DNA from: a virus
DNA length: 64,000 bases
Strand: one strand, 5' to 3'
Virus record (IMG/VR): IMGVR_UViG_3300028388_002189
Location: 1 to 64,000 of that record
A program made the position numbers and the translations under genes. The notes under the pieces are model-generated. The model saw only the letters and a list, made by a program, of their open reading frames with translations, searched no databases and was not told the origin of the DNA. Position 1 is the first letter of the stretch; each line of letters begins with the position of its first letter. Below are positions 7,402-15,997 of the stretch, piece after piece.

Positions 7402-9273
7402 CTAAATCTCCTCTTCCTCTTCCTCTACAACATAAACAGGCGTATATTCACCCATATACGCTCCTGCTATGTTGGAGTCAAACCATTCTACAGGGTGAAA
7501 CCTTGAGGATTCTTTGGGTGTTTGCTCATGACAAGTAAGATCACCATTTAACACGTCTTTTAATCTCTCCTCACCAATAACACAAAGAACGCAATCTTGA
7601 GCATAATGTACTCTACCCTTATCCACCGTAAGAATACATTTATCGAATTCTTTTGGTAATAGTATAGATTCGTTCATGAGTTCGGGGTGATCGCTAAATA
7701 GTTTACGTTCTCTATTTAGTTCAAGGCGCAGTGCTTCCTCTGGAGTAGTGCGATTCTGAGCAGCTTCTACTGCTACCTGTAAAGTAGGCGCAAAAGGTGT
7801 ACCGCCTTCCGATACACGCTTCTTAGTCTTCTTTATATACGTTTTTAAGTCCTCGCCTCTTTGAGAAGCAGGTGGCGTGGGCCAGTTTTGTTCTTTCTCG
7901 GGATATGACTTAAAAGCGTCTCGACGGTCTTGGAAATCTTTAAGTTCTGCTTTCAAGTCAATACCCTTTTCTTGAGCCTCTACTTCAACTTGTAGGTGCG
8001 TAGGAAAAATGCCTTTCCCGTTTGAGATTCTCTTCTTATTCTTAGAAAGATAATAAGTTACGTTATCGCCTCTTTGAGAAGTTGCGGGTGTGGTCCAGTT
8101 TAGGGTTTTCACTTCATCAGGTAAAAGAGCGCCATAACCTCGATCTTTGAACCTCGGCGATTGAGGACCTTTCCAATCTCTAGCAGTAGGCGTGGGCCAG
8201 GTCTCTCCACAAGGTGACGAAGGCTGTTGCGGCGGTGTCTGGCACGACTCCATTTCCCAACATTCGGAGTTCGTCTGTGCGATTGTCACAGGATTCATAC
8301 AACTCGGCATGGTCCAACCAACAGGAATACCCATCAGAGTCTCCACCCAACGAGGATTCAGCTTGCCTCGGTACCCCTCTTGGTGGTGTATCTGCCTCGG
8401 CATTGTGTCCAAACGATGCTTCCCGTCCTTCCTCGTTGGTATTTGGAAGTTCATCTCGATCTCGAAGCAGTCTCTCGCGATGGGTGTTGTCCACCTTACT
8501 TGATTCGGAAGATATGGACTGAATCCCCTTATTTCTTTTCGGCGGTCGACCCCCTTGTAATCTCTCGCTTGTGGAGTGTTCCAAGATAACCCTTGGTGGC
8601 TCAAATAGGTGTTGATCTGCTCCTCGTCCTTTTGGGTAAGCTGTACGGCGTCGACTTGTAGAGTCTTCGATATTTGATCGGATAAGATCAAGACCGTTCT
8701 GCCTGAGATCATCTCTGACACCAAGAATAAACACTCGTTTTCTTTGGTGTGGTGCGCCGACTTCAGACGCTGAGAATACGCCTGCCGTTGCTTTGTAACC
8801 CAACCTTTCCAACTCTCTAAGGACATGGAGCAGAACTGGTGTACCTTCGGGGTCGCTCCAATCGTCGCCTTTGAGTTTAGAACTGATGATGCCTTCGACG
8901 TTTTCAAAGAAAACAAGGGGAGGTCTCCCCAACTCTCTGATACCTCTGGCGATGTAGGGCCAGAGGTGTCTTGGGTCGTCACTTCCTTTGCGTTTTCCTG
9001 CGGCGCTAAATGGCTGACAAGGGAAGCCTCCACTGAGGATGTCAACCTTTCCATGATAGAGTTCCCAAGGGAACTTTTTAAGGTCTGAGAAAACAGGCGC
9101 GGGGTCGAGGAGCTTCGCTTCAATCTTCGAGACCAGGTTTTCGATGACGAAGGCTTCGATCTCCACAAAACAGACTGTTCTAACTGATCGGAGAGCTCTT
9201 GTGAGTCCGAGATCAATGCCTCCGTATCCTGCGCAAAGTGATATATGTGTAAGTTTTTTGGTAGTATCCACAT
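7402..9273 (-). CDS. Overprinted methyltransferase partner: motif IX-like segment and five W-x-T-P TRD-like modules, plus C-terminal small phage domain
   Basis: 623 codons open across the whole MTase gene in another frame; WNTPQARDYKG, WTTPIARD, LNPRWVETLMGIPVGWT, WPTPTARDWKG, WTTPATSQRG, WPTPPASQRG. Confidence 0.75.
   Translation of the reverse strand: MWILPKNLHIYHFAQDTEALISDSQELSDQLEQSVLWRSKPSSSKTWSRRLKRSSSTPRLFSQTLKSSLGNSIMERLTSSVEASLVSHLAPQENAKEVTTQDTSGPTSPEVSESWGDLPLFSLKTSKASSVLNSKATIGATPKVHQFCSMSLESWKGWVTKQRQAYSQRLKSAHHTKENECLFLVSEMISGRTVLILSDQISKTLQVDAVQLTQKDEEQINTYLSHQGLSWNTPQARDYKGVDRRKEIRGFSPYLPNQVRWTTPIARDCFEIEMNFQIPTRKDGKHRLDTMPRQIHHQEGYRGKLNPRWVETLMGIPVGWTMPSCMNPVTIAQTNSECWEMESCQTPPQQPSSPCGETWPTPTARDWKGPQSPRFKDRGYGALLPDEVKTLNWTTPATSQRGDNVTYYLSKNKKRISNGKGIFPTHLQVEVEAQEKGIDLKAELKDFQDRRDAFKSYPEKEQNWPTPPASQRGEDLKTYIKKTKKRVSEGGTPFAPTLQVAVEAAQNRTTPEEALRLELNRERKLFSDHPELMNESILLPKEFDKCILTVDKGRVHYAQDCVLCVIGEERLKDVLNGDLTCHEQTPKESSRFHPVEWFDSNIAGAYMGEYTPVYVVEEEEEEI
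8180..9271 (-). CDS. dcm: DNA (cytosine-5) methyltransferase catalytic polypeptide (motifs I-VIII and X)
   Basis: LCAGYGG (I), GGFPCQPFS (IV), ENV (VI), PHQRKRVF (VIII), LRMLGNGVVP (X); no recognisable TRD or motif IX in this frame. Confidence 0.92.
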   Translation of the reverse strand: MDTTKKLTHISLCAGYGGIDLGLTRALRSVRTVCFVEIEAFVIENLVSKIEAKLLDPAPVFSDLKKFPWELYHGKVDILSGGFPCQPFSAAGKRKGSDDPRHLWPYIARGIRELGRPPLVFFENVEGIISSKLKGDDWSDPEGTPVLLHVLRELERLGYKATAGVFSASEVGAPHQRKRVFILGVRDDLRQNGLDLIRSNIEDSTSRRRTAYPKGRGADQHLFEPPRVILEHSTSERLQGGRPPKRNKGIQSISSESSKVDNTHRERLLRDRDELPNTNEEGREASFGHNAEADTPPRGVPRQAESSLGGDSDGYSCWLDHAELYESCDNRTDELRMLGNGVVPDTAATAFVTLWRDLAHAYC

Positions 9274-9288
9274 TCTTTGTCCTTGTTA

Positions 9289-9483
9289 TTATTTCTGTGG
9301 GAATATGTATTGTAAGTGAACTCTGTGTAGAGTTGAGTTTGGTTTCTCAGACTTGATGATAGCATGACCGTCGTTATCTATTCTGGTAAGCACACCTCTT
9401 AAGATCGTCTGATCATCTAACACGGCAAACACTTGGGTGTTAAGGAACTTTAAGGCTTGAGAGTAAACCATTGTCAGTACCAA
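9289..9483 (-). CDS. Small hypothetical protein (beta-barrel-like)
   Basis: ORF in operon; LRGVLTRIDNDGHAII. Confidence 0.5.
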   Translation of the reverse strand: MVLTMVYSQALKFLNTQVFAVLDDQTILRGVLTRIDNDGHAIIKSEKPNSTLHRVHLQYIFPQK

Positions 9484-9866
9484 TCCTTGTCTTGATAGTT
9501 GTCTTGATATTCGTTGAAGAGATGAATATCAGTATGTAAGACATTCTTTGCCTTGAGCCATCGATCTCTCCAAGTCGAATCTTTGTCCCATGCTACATGA
9601 GTGCGGACTTCTTCATCTGTCATCTCTTGGTCATTCTCTTTGTGTAGTTGATATATGTGCCCTAACACTTCCATAGTAAGTCGGTAGTAGTGAAGTGCTG
9701 AGTACCAACCATTAGGGCACAATGCGCCTTTGTTTTCAGTAGCAATCCTATCCCACTCTTCTCGCTGAGAGTCTGTCAAAAGAGACCTCATGTGAACGTA
9801 ATGCTCTCTTACTTGATCATATGTAAAGGAAGCAGGGAGAGTCCTTGGGTATTTGTGCCCAATCAT
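9474..9866 (-). CDS. Hypothetical protein
   Basis: 130-aa ORF in series. Confidence 0.65.
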   Translation of the reverse strand: MIGHKYPRTLPASFTYDQVREHYVHMRSLLTDSQREEWDRIATENKGALCPNGWYSALHYYRLTMEVLGHIYQLHKENDQEMTDEEVRTHVAWDKDSTWRDRWLKAKNVLHTDIHLFNEYQDNYQDKDWY

Positions 9867-9974
9867 TTTGTTTCTCGTTTCTGACCCGAAGGTCTTTCAG
9901 AGGTTAAGAGCAACTGCTCATGAGACAAACATAGTGCTCTTAGAGGAGTGTGTCAACACTCTTTTGAAAACATT

Positions 9975-10853
9975 TTAATTATTTTCTTCAGCCTCTTCTT
10001 CTTCGCGTAGTTCTTCAATGATCTCTTGTGCTAACTGAGCCATAGGTCCTCTGTACTGAGCGGTAAGTTTAACACCTGCTGCAAAAGGACAATCTAAGAA
10101 AGCATCACTGTGTACTAACTTCCACAACCCTGTCTCGTCTCGCTTTAGCCCAGAGTCAACTTGGTCGGTATCACCCATAACAATCAAGGTGCAATGATTA
10201 CCTACGCGACTGATCGCAGTAAGTAGTTCATGTGGCGTTGTGTTTTGTGCCTCATCAATAATAACTACTGCGTTCTCAAAGTGCTGACCTCGTAGCAACT
10301 CAAATGGCTTGAATAGTATCCGACCTTCCTCTTCCAACTGAAAGAGGTGGTGCTCAAAGGTTTCGCCAATGATCTTCTTCATCGCGGTGAAGTAAGAATC
10401 CATATAGCCCTCTAACTTCTCTCGATGGTCGCCTGGTATTGCTGCAATCGCGTTGCTCCGTAACCCAACAAAAGTTGTGGGTTTACACAAAACAAGGTCT
10501 TTACCGTTCCTAAATACTTCATTTAGTGCGTAAGCAAGAGCAACTGTAGTCTTACCTGTGCCCGCTGCCCCAAGCGCTACAAATAAGTCTAAGTTCTTCA
10601 ACCCCCAAAACATACAGGCTTGAGCGCCGTCTTTAGGCTTAAAACCTTGGTATACTAACTCTTTAGTTTTCAACAACTCTAGGCAATCTTGGTCGTCGTT
10701 GTAGTAGGCTAAAGCGCTCTGTTTACCATTTGGAGTCTTTAGGCAGAAGAAGTAGTTAGGTTTTACCTTTGCTTCTTTATTCTCTAGTGTCCCTTGCTTG
10801 TAAATAAGATCGATCTCTCTTGGTTCAACGGTCAGTTGTGCCAAATCAAACAT
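9975..10853 (-). CDS. phoH: PhoH-family ATPase
   Basis: GAAGTGKT, LRGQHF, IIDEAQN, MGDTDQVD. Confidence 0.93.
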   Translation of the reverse strand: MFDLAQLTVEPREIDLIYKQGTLENKEAKVKPNYFFCLKTPNGKQSALAYYNDDQDCLELLKTKELVYQGFKPKDGAQACMFWGLKNLDLFVALGAAGTGKTTVALAYALNEVFRNGKDLVLCKPTTFVGLRSNAIAAIPGDHREKLEGYMDSYFTAMKKIIGETFEHHLFQLEEEGRILFKPFELLRGQHFENAVVIIDEAQNTTPHELLTAISRVGNHCTLIVMGDTDQVDSGLKRDETGLWKLVHSDAFLDCPFAAGVKLTAQYRGPMAQLAQEIIEELREEEEAEENN

Positions 10854-10892
10854 AAGTAACTCCCTCGTTTAGTAGTACGAGAGATTTTATCA

Positions 10893-11537
10893 TTATAGAG
10901 AGAGCGAGATTGGAAAATGTTCTACAGCAAGTTCACGAATCGCCCTTGCGTATTCTTGGATCTCCAACTGAGCGTGACTATCTTCTCTAAGTTCAAGAAA
11001 GTGCATAATCGCTTGCAGACTCGCAGTCCAATAACACTCAGTGTAGAGAGACAAAGGGAGTACCATACGAGCTTGCTCTTTACACACACCCTTATCAAGA
11101 AGTTCTCGATAATGACTAAGCGCACCCGCCATAGAGTCTCCATATGTGAGGTTACAAGCACCTTGGTCTCCAACGGAACCCTTTGATCCCTGTTTGTTTG
11201 ACTCATGCTGTTCTCGCCAGTTAGAAGGCGTATAGAACTCTGCGTCAAACTCCACATATCGACCGCTCACTTCATTCCATGCACAGCCTATTTGGTGCTT
11301 CATCCACTGTCTCAAAACAAAGATAGGTGCCTTGACATGAAACTGAAGTGTAGCGTGTCTAAAAGGACTTGTATGTCTGTGTTCCCATAGGTATCGAATC
11401 AGCTTCTCGTCTCGATCCCCGATCTCTGTGACCTCTTTAGCAAAGCTAATCCGCGCAGAGTTAACCACACTGAGATCAGACCCCATCACATCGACAAGTC
11501 TGACAAATCCTTTATCTAATACTTTCTTATCCATCAA
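10893..11537 (-). CDS. thyX: FAD-dependent thymidylate synthase
   Basis: NSARISF, HTSPF, RQWMKH, NEVSGRY, EQARMVLP, HAQLEI. Confidence 0.96.
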   Translation of the reverse strand: MMDKKVLDKGFVRLVDVMGSDLSVVNSARISFAKEVTEIGDRDEKLIRYLWEHRHTSPFRHATLQFHVKAPIFVLRQWMKHQIGCAWNEVSGRYVEFDAEFYTPSNWREQHESNKQGSKGSVGDQGACNLTYGDSMAGALSHYRELLDKGVCKEQARMVLPLSLYTECYWTASLQAIMHFLELREDSHAQLEIQEYARAIRELAVEHFPISLSL

Positions 11538-12957
11538 TACCCTCTACGAGTTCTACTCCGACTACGCCAGAGTTTGGTTCTACTCGGAACATCGCTAACT
11601 GCTTCTTGTTCAGCGAGTAAGCGTTTAACTTGTGCCACCTATCAGTACCACTGAGCGCAGGCATAGTCCACACTCGACAGCCATTATGTTCTTGCACTTT
11701 CAAGATCAAAGTATGCAAGTGACCACAGAACCAATCCCAGTTCCCAGAGCACTCTCCCCAATCTTTAGGCCGCTCTGCGGACATCACTGAAGGTAGACGT
11801 TCGGGTCTAATGGAATCACCATGGTTGAACCCAAGCAATGAGTTACCGTATCGGAGGTAAGCACTGCCCCGACTCCCATCGATAACCTCGATGTCTTCGT
11901 CTTGGTTGAAGCGAGCTTGGATCATCATACCCAACAGCGCTGATAGCATACGGTCATGGTTACCTGTCATCGCAACAACCTTTACAGGTGCTGTTTGCTG
12001 AAGATGTAGTACCATGGTCTCCATCGTTCGATAGGCAATAGCCATCATCTCAACAGGGTCTACGTCCGTATCCATAGGCGTGCCCTTTTGTGTGGTTCCT
12101 TGGTAGTTATCGACGTGAAGCATATCGCTACCACAGGTAAGCACCCAATAATCGGGCACACCCCAAGCAGTTTGCGCATATTGCGCCGCTTTAGCTACCG
12201 TATGCATCGCTCTCTTAGAGGCAACGTGGGAGTTATACCCATCTACCCCTCGCTTACCAATGTGCAAGTCTGTGAGACCAATAACGGCGATGTACTCCTT
12301 AGCTTCCCCTCGTAACTTATACTTTCTGACTTTTGGAGGATCGAGGTCTACTTCCCCTTTGAGCTCTGTGTAGAGTTCTGAGATGTAGTGCTTCACAAGG
12401 TCTACTTGATCGAGGTAGTTCTCATGTCTCCTCAACCGCCGCTTCTGCGCCTTAATCAGAACTCTCTGCTCTTTAGCCCTCAGCACAGAACTAGCGAGGT
12501 CATCCTCGTCTTGGTGCCGCAACGTCTCATCTGAGAAGGGGGCAGAGTCGTGAGTCTTACCAAGCCAGCTAAGGATTGTCTTTACGGTCGATCGAGAGAG
12601 TTCATACTTATTTGCGAGTTGGTTTACAGTCGCCCCTCCCGCTTCGTTAGAGTAATCACTGATAAGTTCGTCTATCCGAGACCGACTAACCTTGACCACA
12701 GGCGGCTGACTAGGGAGACCAAAGAACAGATAAGTGTCTGTCTGTTCGTCAAAGACATACCGATCAGAAGTCTTCTCAAAGAAGTCTACGCCTTCTCCCT
12801 CTGAAGGTTCGACGACTTGATCGTCGGCGACACCGTAGAGTTTTAGTCTGCCTTGATACTTAGTTGGTATCTCTCCTTTATCGGCTAAAGTCCTTACCGC
12901 TCGATATTTAATACCTAATGCTATTGCCGCCTCACCTCTTCTTAACCATCTCATCAT
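11527..12957 (-). CDS. Calcineurin-like metallophosphoesterase with N-terminal HTH regions
   Basis: DLHIG, GSDMLH, GNHD, HGD, GHLH; N-terminal excisionase-like EAAIALGI. Confidence 0.85.
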   Translation of the reverse strand: MMRWLRRGEAAIALGIKYRAVRTLADKGEIPTKYQGRLKLYGVADDQVVEPSEGEGVDFFEKTSDRYVFDEQTDTYLFFGLPSQPPVVKVSRSRIDELISDYSNEAGGATVNQLANKYELSRSTVKTILSWLGKTHDSAPFSDETLRHQDEDDLASSVLRAKEQRVLIKAQKRRLRRHENYLDQVDLVKHYISELYTELKGEVDLDPPKVRKYKLRGEAKEYIAVIGLTDLHIGKRGVDGYNSHVASKRAMHTVAKAAQYAQTAWGVPDYWVLTCGSDMLHVDNYQGTTQKGTPMDTDVDPVEMMAIAYRTMETMVLHLQQTAPVKVVAMTGNHDRMLSALLGMMIQARFNQDEDIEVIDGSRGSAYLRYGNSLLGFNHGDSIRPERLPSVMSAERPKDWGECSGNWDWFCGHLHTLILKVQEHNGCRVWTMPALSGTDRWHKLNAYSLNKKQLAMFRVEPNSGVVGVELVEGIDG

Positions 12958-13015
12958 GCATTATCCTACTTTTATGTTTTAGGACTTGCATGATAACCGA
13001 GATTAAAGAGGTGTG

Positions 13016-15997
13016 CTAGAGTTCACAAGTCCCGCCTGTACAAGCTAACGTTTGCGCACCTTCTCCTTGATCGTACTTTTCAAAGTCTGACAACTTAGTA
13101 AAGTCGATCTTTGGGAAGTCCTTCATGGCATCTTCATACTCATCTTTTGAGATCTCCTCATAAGGAGCAAGTTTGTAGTTTCCGCCATCATATGGGAGGA
13201 ATGACAAACCGACTACCTCATCGAAGTGATCCCAAACCCACTGTCCAACTCGATCCCAATCTTCGTCCTTGACATAGATAGTCGCAGATTGGTTGTGCCC
13301 TCGTTCCTTTAGCCAACCTTTCATGATAGTGAGGTATCTCTCCATCTGATCAAAAGAAGTCTCATCATCTCTAGTCATAGAACCTTCGGGTGACTTGATA
13401 GGGAATCGTGCTACCCAAGTCTTGACCTGTGAAGACTCCACTCCTTCTTGACCAACCTCTGGGAACATAGGGACCCCTTGACTTTTCAACAACTCTGAAA
13501 GGGGGTCGTCAGCACTGACGCGCACATGGCGGAAGTAGTATTCGCTGTAACGAGGATGGAACCCACTCGCACAATCCACCATTTGCGAGGTGTTACCCGA
13601 TGGTTTCCCACAAGTAACCGCCGCAGGAACGTTGATACCAAGCCGAGCAGACATCTCTTGAGCAGTAGCGACAGCGACATCGTTTAGAACAGATAGCGTT
13701 TCAATGTTGTTCATTAACTGAGGATTGTCACACTGACCTGTGAGGTCTACACCGATTAAGCGATCCTCTTCACAGAGTTCACGCCATGCGGGACGTAGAT
13801 ACGGGAACTTGGTGAAGGTCGCCTGGACGCACCCAATAATCGTTGCGAGTCGGACTTTCTCTTTGAGCGTATCGAGGGTGTCTTCGGGACGGACAACAAC
13901 AGCGCTCAAGTTGCAGAACTGACCACCGCCGCCTTCACCCGTCCAAGGGTCGTTTGACTCTTTGAAGCGGAGTCCGATCTCATGACAGTTATGTACAACG
14001 AGACCGTTAGCAATAAAGGAGTGTGTTGTCTCTTCTGTGAGATCATACACTGTTTCTACACCTAAAGGTTCTAACCCGATAAAGTCAGCAACAAACTTAT
14101 CTGCGTTTGGCTTACGCTTGTAAGAATCGATGATAGACAAGAGAGCCTCTTGCTTGTCATGTCGCATAAACCCTATACGATTTGCAAAAGTCACTAGACT
14201 CTTACAGGAGATCGCTAACTCAGCAGACTCTTTACAGTAGTATTCCTTTAGACCTCCTTTGCCGTCGGGCATTAATCGGAAGCCTTCCTTCATACGACCT
14301 TGATAGATCTTTGAGTAAACATTGAAGTTCAAAAGAAGCTGCTGAACAGCTTGGAGATGCTCCACTTTAGTGGAATGTAGACGAATAGAAGCACCCTTCT
14401 TTTGATTACCAAGGACACAGCCATCGGCAGAGAATAGTGCAGATAGATAACCCTTTTGACATTCTTCAGTACCTTGCCAAACAAACTCTGGGAGAACTGT
14501 CCTGTCTTCAGTAGAGAGGAATTCTCTCAAAGAAGAAGTTTGAATAGAGTCTCTTTGTGTATCTTCATAAGTAGCAACAGAAACTTCATGCCCGACTGAC
14601 GCTTCAATAGCGTTCTTAAACCACTCAGTAAGTTTTCTGTCTTCGTGGTAGAAATATAGTCTAGGCGCATTATCCGCAACAGTACCATCGCCAGCATACC
14701 AACCTGCAATAGCACCCAAGCCTTCGGTACCTTGTTTACCGAATAAGCCTTCTTTGTTACAGATATGGATTTTATCACCCATCTCAAGTTCTTGAGCTTC
14801 TACCCAACCTCTTGAAGTCATTACTCTGTGATCTGCTGTCAGTTTTACTTCATAACCTTGCTTAGTCGTTAATCTGAAAACTTCACGCTCTCCTGTTACA
14901 AATGCCCCTTTATCAGAAGTATAGCCGTTCTCTTCAGTACCAAACCTAGAATCAATCACAAGTTGTTTAGGCGTACCTAAGAAGTCTTTGATTTGGACAA
15001 GACCGTCTTCTGTCATCACACGGGTATCGCCTGTTACACATGGATTCGATCGGCACTCTCCTTTAGGACGAGGTGCGTACTTGTGCCAGTTATCAATAGA
15101 GAACCCTCGCTCACCAGAACCACTCTCAGCAAGTTGTTTCCATTCTCGATCAAACACTTCTTTAGTCGGTCGATCAGCAAAGTAAGCAGAGTTATTACTC
15201 ATGTAGCGCTTGAGAGGGAAACTACCCCTCTTCCAATCCTTAGCGTGACGCATTGACTCGTCATCGGGATCAGAGAAAGAGATCATAGCAGAGCGCCTAA
15301 CCCCTCCCACAACAACCACTTCTGCTAATGCACAACAGATGTCGTAAACTTCTAAAGTTTTTAACTGTCTGCCCTCTGCATCTTTGATGGTTTGGATAAT
15401 GAATTCGATCGCGTCTTTTAGAGGTTGTGGACCACTCGCACGACCACCCTTGGTCTTTAGTCGTGATCCCCTAGGACGGACTAACGAGTAATCAATCTCG
15501 ATACTGCCGTACCCCTTCCAAGCATGGGTAACGACAAAGAAAACAGCATCTGCCCAACCTACAGAGCTATCACCTACTTGGTGCTTAGCGGTCTTAGACT
15601 CATCGAACTCAGCGATAAGTGGCAGTTTGTTAACAAACTTACTCTCTACAGAGAACCCAACCCCTGTGCCCTGCATAAGCACATAGATTAGTTCTGAGAA
15701 AGCCTTCAAGTTATCGATGGGCAAGAACGAACAGTTGTAGATAGCTGTATTATCGATAGAGGCAAAGTCACCGCTTGCCCATAGCGAACGCATAGAAGGC
15801 ATGATTTGGTGGTGGGTGATCAAGTCGTGAATCATCTCTTTGTCTTCTTCAGACACAGGTTGATCTTTTAGTAAGAAGTCGGTGACCCGATCCACAGTCT
15901 CTACCCAATTTTCACGTCGATTTTCTTTTTCAAGCCATCGAGCATATGATCGTAGATAGACAAGTTCACCTAAAGCGTTGTTGAAGTATTCAGTCAT
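13016..15997 (-). CDS. nrdJ: Class II (B12-dependent) ribonucleotide reductase, intein-containing
   Basis: PSMRSLW, YNCSF, GTGVGFS, GGRASGP, GGVRRSA, NP[intein]CHEI, FCNLS, KPSGNTS, C-terminal ACTGGTC. Start MTEYFNN at 15997. Confidence 0.92.
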   Translation of the reverse strand: MTEYFNNALGELVYLRSYARWLEKENRRENWVETVDRVTDFLLKDQPVSEEDKEMIHDLITHHQIMPSMRSLWASGDFASIDNTAIYNCSFLPIDNLKAFSELIYVLMQGTGVGFSVESKFVNKLPLIAEFDESKTAKHQVGDSSVGWADAVFFVVTHAWKGYGSIEIDYSLVRPRGSRLKTKGGRASGPQPLKDAIEFIIQTIKDAEGRQLKTLEVYDICCALAEVVVVGGVRRSAMISFSDPDDESMRHAKDWKRGSFPLKRYMSNNSAYFADRPTKEVFDREWKQLAESGSGERGFSIDNWHKYAPRPKGECRSNPCVTGDTRVMTEDGLVQIKDFLGTPKQLVIDSRFGTEENGYTSDKGAFVTGEREVFRLTTKQGYEVKLTADHRVMTSRGWVEAQELEMGDKIHICNKEGLFGKQGTEGLGAIAGWYAGDGTVADNAPRLYFYHEDRKLTEWFKNAIEASVGHEVSVATYEDTQRDSIQTSSLREFLSTEDRTVLPEFVWQGTEECQKGYLSALFSADGCVLGNQKKGASIRLHSTKVEHLQAVQQLLLNFNVYSKIYQGRMKEGFRLMPDGKGGLKEYYCKESAELAISCKSLVTFANRIGFMRHDKQEALLSIIDSYKRKPNADKFVADFIGLEPLGVETVYDLTEETTHSFIANGLVVHNCHEIGLRFKESNDPWTGEGGGGQFCNLSAVVVRPEDTLDTLKEKVRLATIIGCVQATFTKFPYLRPAWRELCEEDRLIGVDLTGQCDNPQLMNNIETLSVLNDVAVATAQEMSARLGINVPAAVTCGKPSGNTSQMVDCASGFHPRYSEYYFRHVRVSADDPLSELLKSQGVPMFPEVGQEGVESSQVKTWVARFPIKSPEGSMTRDDETSFDQMERYLTIMKGWLKERGHNQSATIYVKDEDWDRVGQWVWDHFDEVVGLSFLPYDGGNYKLAPYEEISKDEYEDAMKDFPKIDFTKLSDFEKYDQGEGAQTLACTGGTCEL
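13988..15040 (-). mobile_element. Intein (351 aa) with LAGLIDADG homing endonuclease
   Basis: Begins CVTGDT, block B LTADH, GWYAGDG and ALFSADG motifs, ends VYDL...VHN followed by Cys. Confidence 0.95.
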
